A stretch of DNA of 64,000 bases, taken from assembly GCA_002269645.1 (NCBI GenBank), contig NIVC01000608.1, forward strand, positions 62,001-126,000, written 5' to 3'. Under the pieces are notes generated by a model, which had not been told where the DNA came from, did not search any database, and was given only the letters and a program-made list of their open reading frames with translations. How positions within the stretch are numbered: the stretch's first letter is position 1; each line of letters begins with the position of its first letter. Origin of the DNA: Macrostomum lignano. Its lineage: Eukaryota. Below are positions 25,501-37,046 of this stretch, piece by piece. The translations under genes and the position numbers were made by a program.

Positions 25501-28500
25501 CCTATTCACAAAGCTGGGGCGATTCTCATGCGTGACCTATTCACAAAGCTGGGGCGATTCTCATGCGTGACCTATTTATTTACAAAGCTATGGCGATTCT
25601 CATGCGTGACCTATTTACAAAGCGAGGGACGATTTTCATACGTGACCTATTTATTTACGAAGCTATGGCGATTCTCATGCGTGACCTATTTATTTACAAA
25701 GCTGTGGCGATTCTCACGCGTGACCTATTTATTTACAAAGCTGTGGCGATTCTCATGCGTGACCTATTCACAAAGCTGGGGCGATTCTCATGCGTGACCT
25801 ATTTATTTACAAAGCTGTGGCGATTCTCATGCGTGACCTATTCACAAAGCTGGGGCGATTCTCATGCGTGACCTATTCACAAAGCTGGGGCGATTCTCAT
25901 GCGTGACCTATTTATTTACAAAGCTATGGCGATTCTCATGCGTGACCTATTTATTTACAAAGCTGGGGCGATTCTCATGCGTGACCTCTTTATTTTCAAA
26001 GCTATGGCGATTCTCATGCGTGACCTATTTATTTACAAAGCTGGGGCGATTCTCATGCGTGACCTATTTATTTACAAAGCTGGGGCAGTTCTCATGCGTG
26101 ACCTCTTTATTTTCAAAGCTATGGCGATTCTCATGCGTGACCTATTTATTTACAAAGCTGGGGCGATTCTCATGCGTGACCTATTTATTTACAAAGCTGG
26201 GGCAGTTCTCATGCGTGACCTCTTTATTTTCAAAGCTATGGCGATTCTCATGCGTGACCTATTTATTTACAAAGCTGGGGCGATTCTCATGCGTGACCTA
26301 TTTATTTACAAAGCTGGGGCGATTCTCATGCGTGACCTATTTTATTTACAAAGCGAGGGGCGATTCTCATGCGTGACCTATTTACAAAGCGAGGGGCGAT
26401 TCTCATGCGTGACCTATTTTATTTACAAAGCAGAGGCGATTCTCAAAAGACCTAGTCAGAGGTGCGAATACCTCGCGTGTTGAAACTCAGTCCCGCGGGT
26501 CAGGTGTGAAAATGAAAACAGCAGTTTAGCTCCCTCGCCAATGCTAATAAACTGAGTAGCGTGCTAATGCCAACAAAATCCTCTGAAATTTTCAAAGCTA
26601 AAAAAGAGAGCATGCACTCTAAGTCTCCAAGAGCCAGGTTAAAACTGGATTCGGCGTCCCCCTCTCCAGAGTAGGTAATTAGAGAAGCTCCTAATTACAG
26701 AGTCGGTAATTAAATATAAGCCGGCCTAGATGCAGAAAAGAAACAAAAATACTTAAAAATGGCCCCCAGCTTATAAAAAACCGACATCCAGGAATTTCTG
26801 GTCTAATTATGAAAGCCCCGGACTGCAAATTAGCTGACTTGGTCCTTCAAAGGCAATATTAAACAAGCAGTTTACCTATCAAGAAAATTACAACTACATA
26901 AAAAGCGCAAGAACACACCCAGTTTGAATGGCGACTTACGATTATCGAATGCTTTGCCGCACAGGCCGCAGTTGAACTGGTCATCATCAATGTGGTGAGT
27001 TCTCACGTGTCTCTAAAGAGGAAAATTAATTATTAATAATTTGTTTAGATTTATGCTAGAGACAGTCGCTTTCAGAAGCTCGAAACTTCTTAAGCTCGAA
27101 ACTTCTCAAGCTCGAAACTTCACAAACACAAGCTCAAACTTCACAAACACAAGCGCGAAACTTCACAAATACAAGCTCAAACTTCACAACACAAGCTCAA
27201 ACTTCACAAACACAAGCTCAAACTTCACAACACAAGCTCGAAACTTCACAAACACAAGCTCGAAACTTCACAACACAAGCTCGAAACTTCACAAACACAA
27301 GCTCAAACTTCACAAACACAAGCTCGAAACTTCACAAACACAAGCTCGAAACTTCACAAACACAAGCTCAAACTTCACAAACACAAGCTCAAACTTCACA
27401 AACACAAGCGCGAAACTTCACAAATACAAGCTCAAACTTCACAACACAAGCTCGAAACTTCACAAACACAAGCGCGAAACTTCACAACACAAGCTCGAAA
27501 CTTCACAAACACAAGCTCAAACTTCACAAACACAAGCTCAAACTTCACAAACACAAGCGCGAAACTTATCGAACTCGAAACCTTACAAGCTCGAAACTTC
27601 ACAACACAAGCTCGAAACTTCACAAACACAAGCTCAAACTTCACAAACACAAGCTCAAACTTCACAAACACAAGCGCGAAACTTCACAAATACAAGCTCA
27701 AACTTCACAACACAAGCTCGAAACTTCACAAATACAAGCTCAAACTTCACAACACAAGCTCGAAACTTCACAAACACAAGCGCGAAACTTCACAACACAA
27801 GCTCGAAACTTCACAAACACAAGCTCAAACTTCACAAACACAAGCTCAAACTTCACAAACACAAGCGCGAAACTTATCGAACTCGAAACCTTACAAGCTC
27901 GAAACTTCACAACACAAGCTCGAAACTTCACAAACACAAGCTCAAACTTCACAAACACAAGCTCAAACTTCACAAACACAAGCGCGAAACTTCACAAATA
28001 CAAGCTCAAACTTCACAACACAAGCTCGAAACTTCACAAACACAAGCGCGAAACTTCACAACACAAGCTCGAAACTTCACAAACACAAGCTCAAACTTCA
28101 CAAACACAAGCTCAAACTTCACAAACACAAGCGCGAAACTTCACAACACAAGCTCGAAACTTCACAAACACAAGCTCAAACTTCACAAATACAAGCTCAA
28201 ACTTCACAACACAAGCTCGAAACTTCACAAACACAAGCTCAAACTTCACAACACAAGCTCGAAACTTCACAAACACAAGCTCAAACTTCACAAACACAAG
28301 CTCAAACTTCACAAACACAAGCTCGAAACTTCACAAACACAAGCGCGAAACTTCACAACACAAGCTCGAAACTTCACAAACACAAGCTCAAACTTCACAA
28401 ACACAAGCTCAAACTTCACAAACACAAGCGCGAAACTTATCGAACTCGAAACCTTACAAGCTCGAAACTTCATAAACTCGAAAATCATCAAGCTTGAAAC

Positions 28501-28849
28501 TTTGTAAGCTCTAATCTCCATAAGCTCGAAATTTTGTCGAGCTCGAAACTCGAAAATCGACATTGTGAAAAAAAGGATAAAAAATTACGATAGTTCGAGC
28601 TTTTGAAATGCACCCGAAAAAACACAGCAAGCACCAAATAATAGCCAAGTTGCAAAACTTTAAATTAGTGGCGATTATACTAACCGACATGGAGTATTTG
28701 TTAACAAATTTCGCAGAGCAGAGCGGGCAACGGTGCAGATATTTATTAATATCATCGATCTCGTCAGCCGCTTCGCCGAGACTCGAACCAAGGACCTCCT
28801 CAGCTGCTGGGAGTGCCTGGCCGCAGATGCGTTGGTTTTGGTGGCTTGG
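22593..28849 (-). CDS. C2H2 zinc-finger protein, 6 fingers; exons 28849-28685, 27012-26940, 23212-22593; 5' end unresolved
   Basis: Canonical AG/GT junctions with matching phases (0, then 1) rebuild split fingers: CPLCSAKFVNKYSMS|RHVRTHH and CGLCGKAFDN|HSAFVRHLPSH. These are followed by CDKC, CQHC, CQQC and CRLC fingers; 858 nt open to the stop. Confidence 0.88.
23289..24553. repeat. Intronic 32/29-bp minisatellite
   Basis: Unit GGGGATATTCT(CCT)CACGTAGCCTTAGTCAGA. Confidence 0.95.
24554..26445. repeat. Intronic 39/35-bp minisatellite
   Basis: Unit ACAAAGCT(G/A)TGGCGATTCTCA(T/C)GCGTGACCTATTT(ATTT). Confidence 0.95.
27076..28560. repeat. Intronic 21/22-bp minisatellite with higher-order blocks
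   Basis: Unit CTC(G)AAACTTCACAA(A)CACAAG; the marker CTTATCGAACTCGAAACCTTAC occurs at about 27566, 27874 and 28438. Confidence 0.93.
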
Positions 28850-28944
28850 CTGCAAATAAGCAATACAGATCGAATGCAGTGGCTGCCTTTGCTAGTTAGT
28901 CTCTCTGCTAGACACACAATTGCTTAGTTTTTAGGTGCTGGATG

Positions 28945-30082
28945 TCTCAGGTATGGGATGAGTTGGCCATGCTCAATCTCAGGTGTGGGATGAGTTGGCC
29001 ATGCTCAATCTCAGGTGTGGGATGAGTTGGCTATGCTCAACTTCAGGTGTGGGATGAGTTGGCTATGCTCAATCTCAGGTGTGGGATGAGTTGGCTATGC
29101 TCAACTTCAGGTGTGGGATGAGTTGGCTATGCTCAACTTCAGGTGTGGGATGAGTTGGCCATGCTCAACTTCAGGTGTGGGATGAGTTGGCCATGCTCAA
29201 TCTCAGGTGTGGGATGAGTTGGCCATGCTCAATCTCAGGTGTGAGATGAGTTGGCCATGCTCAATCTCAGGTGTGGGATGAGTTGGCCATGCTCAATCTC
29301 AGGTGTGAGATGAGTTGGCCATGCTCAATCTCAGGTGTGGGATGAGTTGGCTATGCTCAATCTCAGGTGTGGGATGAGTTGGCTATGCTCAATCTCAGGT
29401 GTGGGATGAGTTGGCCATGCTCAATCTCAGGTGTGGGATGAGTTGGCTATGCTCAACTTCAGGTGTGGGATGAGTTGGCTATGCTCAATCTCAGGTGTGG
29501 GATGAGTTGGCCATGCTCAATCTCAGGTGTGAGATGAGTTGGCCATGCTCAATCTCAGGTGTGAGATGAGTTGGCCATGCTCAATCTCAGGTGTGGGATG
29601 AGTTGGCCATGCTCAATCTCAGGTGTGGGATGAGTTGGCCATGCTCAATCTCAGGTGTGGGATGAGTTGGCTATGCTCAATCTCAGGTGTGGGATGAGTT
29701 GGCCATGCTCAATCTCAGGTGTGGGATGAGTTGGCCATGCTCAATCTCAGGTGTGGCAATGAGTTGGCTATGCTCAATCTCAGGTGTGGGATGAGTTGGC
29801 CATGCTCAATTTCAGGTGTGGGATGAGTTGGCTATGCTCAATCTCAGGTGTGGGATGAGTTGGCTATGCTCAATCTCAGGTGTGGGATGAGTTGGCCATG
29901 CTCAATCTCAGGTGTGGGATGAGTTGGCCATGCTCAATCTCAGGTGTGGGATGAGTTGGCTATGCTCAACTTCAGGTGTGGGATGAGTTGGCCATGCTCA
30001 ATCTCAGGTGTGGGATGAGTTGGCCATGCTCAATCTCAGGTGTGGGATGAGTTGGCTATGCTCAACTTCAGGTGTGGGATGA
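28945..30082. repeat. 32/33-bp minisatellite
   Basis: Unit TCAGGTGTGGGATGAGTTGG(C/T)ATGCTCAATC. Confidence 0.95.
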
Positions 30083-30639
30083 AAAAATCGGCAGTAAGCT
30101 CTGACCAATTTTTAGCTTAAGTGGAAAAATGAAAATAAATGATTTCAAACAATTTTCAAAAATATTTTTGTTTGACTGAGCCTGGCAGAACAAGTACATA
30201 CGCAGACAGGTTAATTAAGACACAAGATAGAGATAAGGACACGATAGGTTGTTATAACAGTCCTCTTCACATATATAAAGAACTCGCCAGGAATAGCAGA
30301 TACTCATTAGCCATTCCCTGCGCCTAATGACTTGAAAAATCTACTAGGACCTCCTGTTGGACTCAACTCGGGGACAGGCACGGACAGATGTTAAAGTACA
30401 TAATTATAGATATAGAACAATGATTAATAGCAAATCAATTGGAAAATGCTTAATTTATTACTCATGAAGCCAAAAGTAGTAGTTTGAATGTTTATAACTA
30501 AAATGCACCCCTTTAAAAATCTTCCTTAATGCACTCCCGCATACAGAATGCGTAATAATATAAGCTGAATAGCAAATGCTGCGCATAAATGCAAGAAAAG
30601 TGTGAAGAAAAAGCCTCTTTGCTGGCACTGAAGCTGACA

Positions 30640-30792
30640 CTCCTTTGACTCTCCATTGTCCTAACACTCCATTGACACATGCCCTGACAATGTAAGACAC
30701 TCCTTTGACACTGCCCTGACAATGTCAGACACTCCTTTGACACTACCCTGGCAATGTCAGACACTCCTTTGACACTGCCCTGACAATGTCAG
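30640..30792. repeat. Short 32-bp tandem repeat (3-4 copies) just past an ORF stop
   Basis: Unit GACACTCCTTTGACACTGCCCTGACAATGTCA. Confidence 0.8.
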
Positions 30793-30794
30793 TC

Positions 30795-33025
30795 TCAAAT
30801 CACGCACGACTCGAACACTGTATCGTGGCAGTCGCACAGAAACGGCCGCTCATCAACCGGCGGATCCGGCGGCTGCACTTCCAGAGCGGCCTGTCGAAAT
30901 TCCGGCTGGCACAGCTCCAGCCAAGTCAACAGCGAGTGCTCAGGCAGCTGCAGCTGGGGTCGGTCGCCGAGTTGAAAGGCCTGCGGCAGGCGAACTCGCC
31001 GCAGACTCAGCCCGGTCGGAGGCGTTCGGCTTGCAGCGTCGGAGCAATCGGCGGACCGATCGAAGCGCAGTACGGCGGAGTCAGACCGGCCGGTCAGGGA
31101 GGCGGAGTCAACTGGCAGGTGGACGGAGCGGGCGGCCGGGAAGCAGCAGGCCAGGTAGGCCAGCAGCACGCGGAGCGGCACGGGCGGGTTGGCCAAGCCG
31201 GACACCTGCAGAAACTGACAGCGGTCGTTGGCGACGACGCTCCGCCACTGGCCGACCCTGTTGTTGGACCGCATCGCAAACGCGAGCCGGCCGGCCAGAC
31301 CGTCCGGAATTTTCAGCAGCGGCACTTCCGGCCAGGTCGGCAGCTGACAGTGCGGCTCCAGCCAGGGTAGGAAGGCATGTCCGGGGAGGCTAATGCCGCA
31401 GGCGGACAGTTGCAGCGAGTCGGGCAGGTGCACGCAGCAGCACCGGCCGGAGTGCAGGCCACGAATAGCGCCCAGAGCCTGGCGACAGTCGGCCGGGCGG
31501 CTGAATTCGGCCAGCAGACAGTCGAAGGGTATCGGCAGCAGGCGGTGAACATGGCAACGCTGTAGCTGACCGAGCGGCAGTCGACTGCTGATCTCGCCGA
31601 CAAACAGGTAGCGACAGTCCATGGCGGCGGCCTCGGCGTCCGACAGCGGCACCCAGTCGGCGTCGGCCATTGACAGGCAGCGGACGCGCTGGCCGGGCAG
31701 CACAGCGAATAGGCGCGGCCGGCTGAGGACTGGCAGATTGCCGGTCAGTCGGCGCCAATCCGGGGACTCTGCGGCGCGCTTTATCGCGGAGTCTACCGCG
31801 CCAAATTCCGGCACCAGCGGCCGCCTCCTTAATCCTGTCGGCATGGTCATTGTAAGCTTCCAGCCGATGACGCCCTTAGTGCAGCAGGGCAGAGCCAGGA
31901 CTTCGCCAAGTAAATCCGGGCTGATGAGGCTGCGAGCCAGACTCTCCAGGTCAGCTGGCATGATGTTGCGATCGAAGGGGCCGAGGCTCCAGCGGCAGAC
32001 TGGCCCGGCAACCAGTTCAAAAACGGCGTTTGGGCTGTCGGCTTCAGCGACAAGCACATCCGTGACTACCTGGAGCAACGGGCAGCGGGTGATAAGAAAC
32101 TTTAGGTCGGGATTTCAGACACTTCAGGGCGAGATTTCAGAGACACTTCAGGGCGGGATTTCAAAGACACTTCAGATCGGGATTTCAGAGACACTTCATG
32201 GCGGGATTTCAGAGACAATTCAGGGCGGGATTTCAGAGACAATTCAGGGCGGGATTTTAAAGACACTTCAGGTCATGCGGTTGTTGAAAGGCTTTCAAGA
32301 CAATTTTTGGACGGACATTCAGTAGATATATCCATGGAGTCCAACAAGTTTACATAAAAGCTGAAGCCAGCCATAAACCTTACTGGTTCATCTCTGATGC
32401 AGCCGATGCACCCCTCACAAGCGGCAGCACCTATGGGGACAGCTGGCACAGAGACAGCCGAGTCCGATTCAATCCAGACGAAACTAACGCAGTCTGCGCA
32501 TCGGATAGTGGACTCTAATTGGCGTCTAGTCAAATTATTGCGCGCATTTCGCACCAGAAAGCAGCATCCGTTAGCCGAGACAGGCGAACAGTTAATTGCA
32601 GAGGTCAATACGTCGTCTTCAACATCGTCAAAAGCGCGTTGTAACGCTCGCCGATCGGAGCTCTTAACAATTAGATAGTTTAATTGGGAAAATCCTCGCC
32701 TATGCTGACTAGCCAGAGCTGTTGAACTGCTAGAGATTGGCATTAGCCAGATTACACTGGCCCGGCCGCAGTCGCTGTTAACCCTGGCGGCAATGGCTAA
32801 GGCCTGCTCTAGGCTGGCCAGTTGGCACAGCCGGGAGCCGTCAGACAGGTAGAATTCCGCTAGCAGGCGACAGCCAGCTGACCGGATTAAGGCGCGGAGC
32901 TTCTCGCAGGGCGCGTCAACAATTTGAACAAAACTAGAGCGCTGCATTGCCTGTTGATTGCTCTCGGCATTGTAGCGATATTGGTAAGCACCAATTGCTG
33001 CACCGTGGCGTCTGCAATCCTGCAT
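30795..33025 (-). CDS. Cys-rich protein with several degenerate RRM-like domains, ~638 aa; exons 33025-32384 and 32069-30795
   Basis: Phase-0 intron (CCA|GTAAGG ... TTGCTCCAG|GTA) joins the 250-aa and 427-aa ORFs. RNP2/RNP1-like pairs: YLFVGEI...CLLAEFSRPADCRQAL and FLQVSGL...SAVLRFDRSADCSDAA; weaker ones at FLVRNA, RWSLGPF and FVQIVDA. Domains were assigned by eye. Confidence 0.65.
32108..32272. repeat. Intronic 24-bp minisatellite, ~7 copies
   Basis: Unit GGCGGGATTTCAGAGACA(C/A)TTCAG. Confidence 0.9.
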
Positions 33026-33134
33026 GCTGCAGACTGGAGCTGAAGATTTTTATGCAGCTTGAATTAGCAAATATTGACTCCAAGTTAACTAGCACTTTCT
33101 GCTTCATTTTTGTGCCTTGGATCTAGGCGGTGGC

Positions 33135-34228
33135 GGCTCAGTCTGAGGATCTGGGTTGCTATGCGCTCAGTCTGAGGATCTGGGTTGCTATGCACCCAGC
33201 CTGAGGATCTGGGTTGCTATGCGCTCAGTCTGAGGATCTGGGTTGCTATGCGCTCAGCCTGAGGATCTGGGTTGCTATGCGGCTCAGTCTGAGGATCTGG
33301 GTTGCTATGCGCTCAGTCTGAGGATCTGGGTTGCTATGCGCTCAGCCTGAGGATCTGGGTTGCTATGCGCTCAGTCTGAGGATCTGGGTTGTTATGCGCT
33401 CAGTCTGAGGATCTGGGTTATTATGCGCTCAGTCTGAGGATCTGGGTTGTTATGCGCTCAGCCTGAGGAGCTGGGTTGCTATGCGCTCAGACTGAGGATC
33501 TGGGTTGTTGGGCACTCAGCCTGAGGATCTGGGTTGTTATGCGCTCAGTCTGAGGATCTGGGTTGCTATGCGCTCAGTCTGAGGATCTGGGTTGCTGGGC
33601 ACTCAGCCTGAGGATCTGGGTTGCTATGCACCCAGCCTGAGGATCTGGGTTGCTGGGCACTCAGCCTGAGGATCTGGGTTGTTGGGCACTCAGCCTGAGG
33701 ATCTGGGTTGTTATGCGCTCAGTCTGAGGATCTGGGTTGCTATGCGCTCAGTCTGAGGATCTGGGTTGCTGGGCACTCAGCCTGAGGATCTGGGTTGCTA
33801 TGCACCCAGCCTGAGGATCTGGGTTGCTGGGCACTCAGTCTGAGGATCTGGGTTGCTATGCACCCAGCCTGAGGATCTGGGTTGCTATGCGCTCAGTCTG
33901 AGGATCTGGGTTGCTATGCGCTCAGCCTGAGGATCTGGGTTGCTATGCGCTCAGTCTGAAGATCTGGGTTGCTATGCGCTCAGCCTGAGGATCTGGGTTG
34001 CTATGCGCTCAGTCTGAAGATCTGGGTTGCTATGCGCTCAGCCTGAGGATCTGGGTTGTTATGCGCTCAGCCTGAGGATCTGGGTTGCTATGCGCTCAGC
34101 CTGAGGATCTGGGTTGCTATGCGCTCAGCCTGAGGATCTGGGTTGCTATGCACTCAGTCTGAGGATCTGGGTTGTTATGCGCTCAGCCTGAGGATCTGGG
34201 TTGCTATGCGCTCAGCCTGAGGAGCTGG
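33135..34228. repeat. 29-bp minisatellite with internal CTCAG-N-CTGAG palindrome
   Basis: Unit CTGAGGATCTGGGTTG(C/T)TATGCGCTCAG(T/C). Confidence 0.95.
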
Positions 34229-35165
34229 GTGGCGGGTCAGTTCAAAGATACTAGAATAACTACGTGGGCCCCTCAGCACATTTGTGTGCAAGCTACCTAG
34301 ATACCTCGATAGATACCATACCTCATCACATACCTAGATAGATACCTACCGACAGACCATTTTTAGTTTATGGAAGTAAACTGGAGCATTTTAATGTATT
34401 TTTAAAGACAAGACTCAATTTATTGGCTCTTACCCCCCCCCAAGCTTAAACCCTTAAACTCCACACAGAAGCTTTACCACTGCCCCGCCACCCAATTTTT
34501 ATTACCTTCCTCGGTTGTTCCAGCCTAAATCTGCCATGTACATTTCAGTTGCTACATTAGATTATTGCTGAACCAATTAGCAGGTTGTTTACACCTTGCA
34601 AGCTTGGGCTTCTAAACTTATCAAAGTCATTTCAGCCGCCTTTTTCTTATAAAATAGATTATGTATTCCTTATTGCTACTGAACAGAAAGTAGAAAGCTG
34701 TTTTACTAAGTATATATGCCTGAGTGGCCTATCTAGTTATTCTAGTATCTGTGGTCAGTGAGGATCTGTAGTCAGTCTGTGCTCTGTGGTCAGAGGGTAA
34801 GTGAGCCAGTGTGAGGATCTGTGAGGGTGGCGGGCCAGTGTGAGGATCAGGGTAGTCGGTCACGATCCCATCCTGACAACTAAAGAGGGTCTGAGGTAAA
34901 AAGACACACCAAAGATAGCTGAGCTGTTGAATGTCACTCAGAAAGCAATATAAGACAGCAATATGCTGAAAAGTTCCAATGGTTGATTGTATTAGTGAAT
35001 AAAAATGGCATAATGTACTCCATCTGAACAGCAGCAGCAATGCACTAACAAGGGCTTAGTAAATCAGAAGTTGCTTATGAATCGCTTTCAGAAAAGTTCA
35101 AAGTTCGAGTTGCGCTAAACCAAGCAAAAAATGAAGGAAATGCAAAATTATACCCTTGGGCACCT

Positions 35166-35447
35166 TTACTGATCTGGCACCAAATCAAACCGATCAATAG
35201 TGCCAATAACAAGAGTGGCAAAGTCAAAAAATGAATTGATGGCCACTCGTAATTTTCTCACTTGCCCCGAGGTGAAAGTCACAACAACCAACGAGCCATC
35301 TGCTCTAATAGTCTTAGTAACGAAGCTTCTTGGAGGCTCAGGGTCAACAGATAGGCTGGTGCAAGCAATCTCGGCATGCCTGGCATCCTTGAACGGGATT
35401 CGCAGAACAGCCTGATGTACTTGGTCTGAGTCTCCAGTTGAATTCAT
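35166..35447 (-). CDS. PCC1: KEOPS/EKC complex subunit Pcc1 (LAGE3/CTAG family), ~93 aa
   Basis: LRIPFKDARHAEIACTSLSVDPEP...LVVVTFTSGQVRKLRVAINSFFDFATLVIGTIDRF matches the Pcc1 family pattern; ATG at 35447. Confidence 0.88.
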   Translation of the reverse strand: MNSTGDSDQVHQAVLRIPFKDARHAEIACTSLSVDPEPPRSFVTKTIRADGSLVVVTFTSGQVRKLRVAINSFFDFATLVIGTIDRFDLVPDQ

Positions 35448-36420
35448 GATTGACACATGAAATTGTATAGTTATGTATGTATTTTATATCATGCCATGTT
35501 GCTACTGCCTAAGCAAAATATAAACATAATTATGGCTTTTCACTTTCAATGTGAGGGGAGCTCTTAAGTCCCGAGAAATTGGGGACTCAAGCAGCAAAGA
35601 CAAATTACTGACACTACATGCACATTGGTGTTGGAATAGGGGAGGGCTAAGTTAAGATAAATGTTTTCACTTTCAATACAAGGGCATCTCTTAAGTCCCT
35701 GTGGGGTCAGGGACTCAAACATTTTTGACACCACATGCATGTTGTGGTTGGAATGGTGGGGGCTTGAGTTAAGATCGGGAATTAAGAAGATATATGTGAT
35801 GAGAGAAGACAGAAATAGGAAAAAAAGTATGGAAAGGGGAGGAGAGAGAAAAGGGGGCAGAGAAGAGATATAAAGAGAGGGAAGAGGAGAGGAGAGAAGA
35901 GAACAGTCATAAAGACAAGCAAGTTGGTATGCATTGAGTGTCATAGATACATTCTGCAGAACACTATTCATGGCTGCATTCCTGCAACTATAACAGCCAA
36001 TAGTGAGGTCCCAATGCCTTGATGCTGATGGCCCACTGCAACCACAGCAAGAAAGTTATAGGAAGTTACAGAAAGTTTATTAGCTACAGATATGGACATA
36101 GATACATATAGGCTATTGGAAAAAATTGGTTTTAGCAGAACTCTATTTTCAACTATATTTAATACTAATAAGATATTTTAAATAATGCTAAGTGGGAAAG
36201 GTCTATGGAAATTGGCTAGAATTGTGAGTCTAGGACTGGTAGACTACCTGACAATGTCAAAATTTTGAAGAGGTTGCATAAAGGGAGAAACTTAATATAT
36301 AAGGGTCTAATGTCTATTTTTAAATCTAATTTACTTGCTGCTACATTCTCAAATTTATTCTCTAATATTACTACTAACCTATGCATGCTTAATCAGTTTT
36401 TAAACCATATGGATCAAAAG

Positions 36421-36958
36421 CAAGGACTTCTAGACTAACAGGACGTAAAACTCAAAGATCGTGCAATTTTTAGAGGCCACGATTTCCTGGAAAAAATACA
36501 CTGCGGAGATAGGAAAAAATCAGTTTTTTGTCACAAAAGCAGTGATTGTATTTGATCTGGGGCAGTGAAGACTACCATTCTTTTAATTTAACATGCACAA
36601 CATGTTACTCTATTATATTTTCATATAGCTGTGTATTGAAGTTTTCATTTTCATGTTGTTTTTACTTCATTTCATAAGCCCAAAGTTGCAAATACTCACA
36701 AGTGGCATTAGCCAAACTTTTTGTGCTGTTCCTTTTACACAATACACAGCTATATGAAAATATAATAGAGTAACATGTTGTGCATGTTAAATTAAAAGAA
36801 TGGTAGTCTTCACTGCCCCAGATCAAATACAATCACTGCTTTTGTGACAAAAAACAGATTTTTTCCTATCTCCGCAGTGTATTTTTTCCAGGAAATCGTG
36901 GCCTCTAAAAAATTGCACGATCTTTGAGTTTTACGTCCTGTTAGTCTAGAAGTCCTTG
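36421..36958. mobile_element. Non-autonomous Mutator-like foldback element, 538 bp, ~218-bp TIRs
   Basis: Arms 36421-36638 and 36740-36958 are near-perfect reverse complements (one indel and one mismatch seen); 9-bp TSD GATCAAAAG at 36412-36420 and 36959-36967. Confidence 0.92.
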
Positions 36959-37046
36959 GATCAAAAGTAAGATAGTAATACATGACTTATTTAATATAGA
37001 TAATGTTTAAAGGCCACTAAGCTAAGTATATATAAGGCACATACAT

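Noticed and set aside
27041-28507. 488-aa ORF (TQARNFTNTSS repeats) as a gene
   Set aside because: It is a translation of the 21/22-bp array, has a non-ATG start and lies antisense inside a zinc-finger intron.
16417-34228. Regular 29-62 bp arrays as CRISPR loci
   Set aside because: Units are head-to-tail with no unique spacers, there are no cas genes, and the DNA is eukaryotic and intron-containing.
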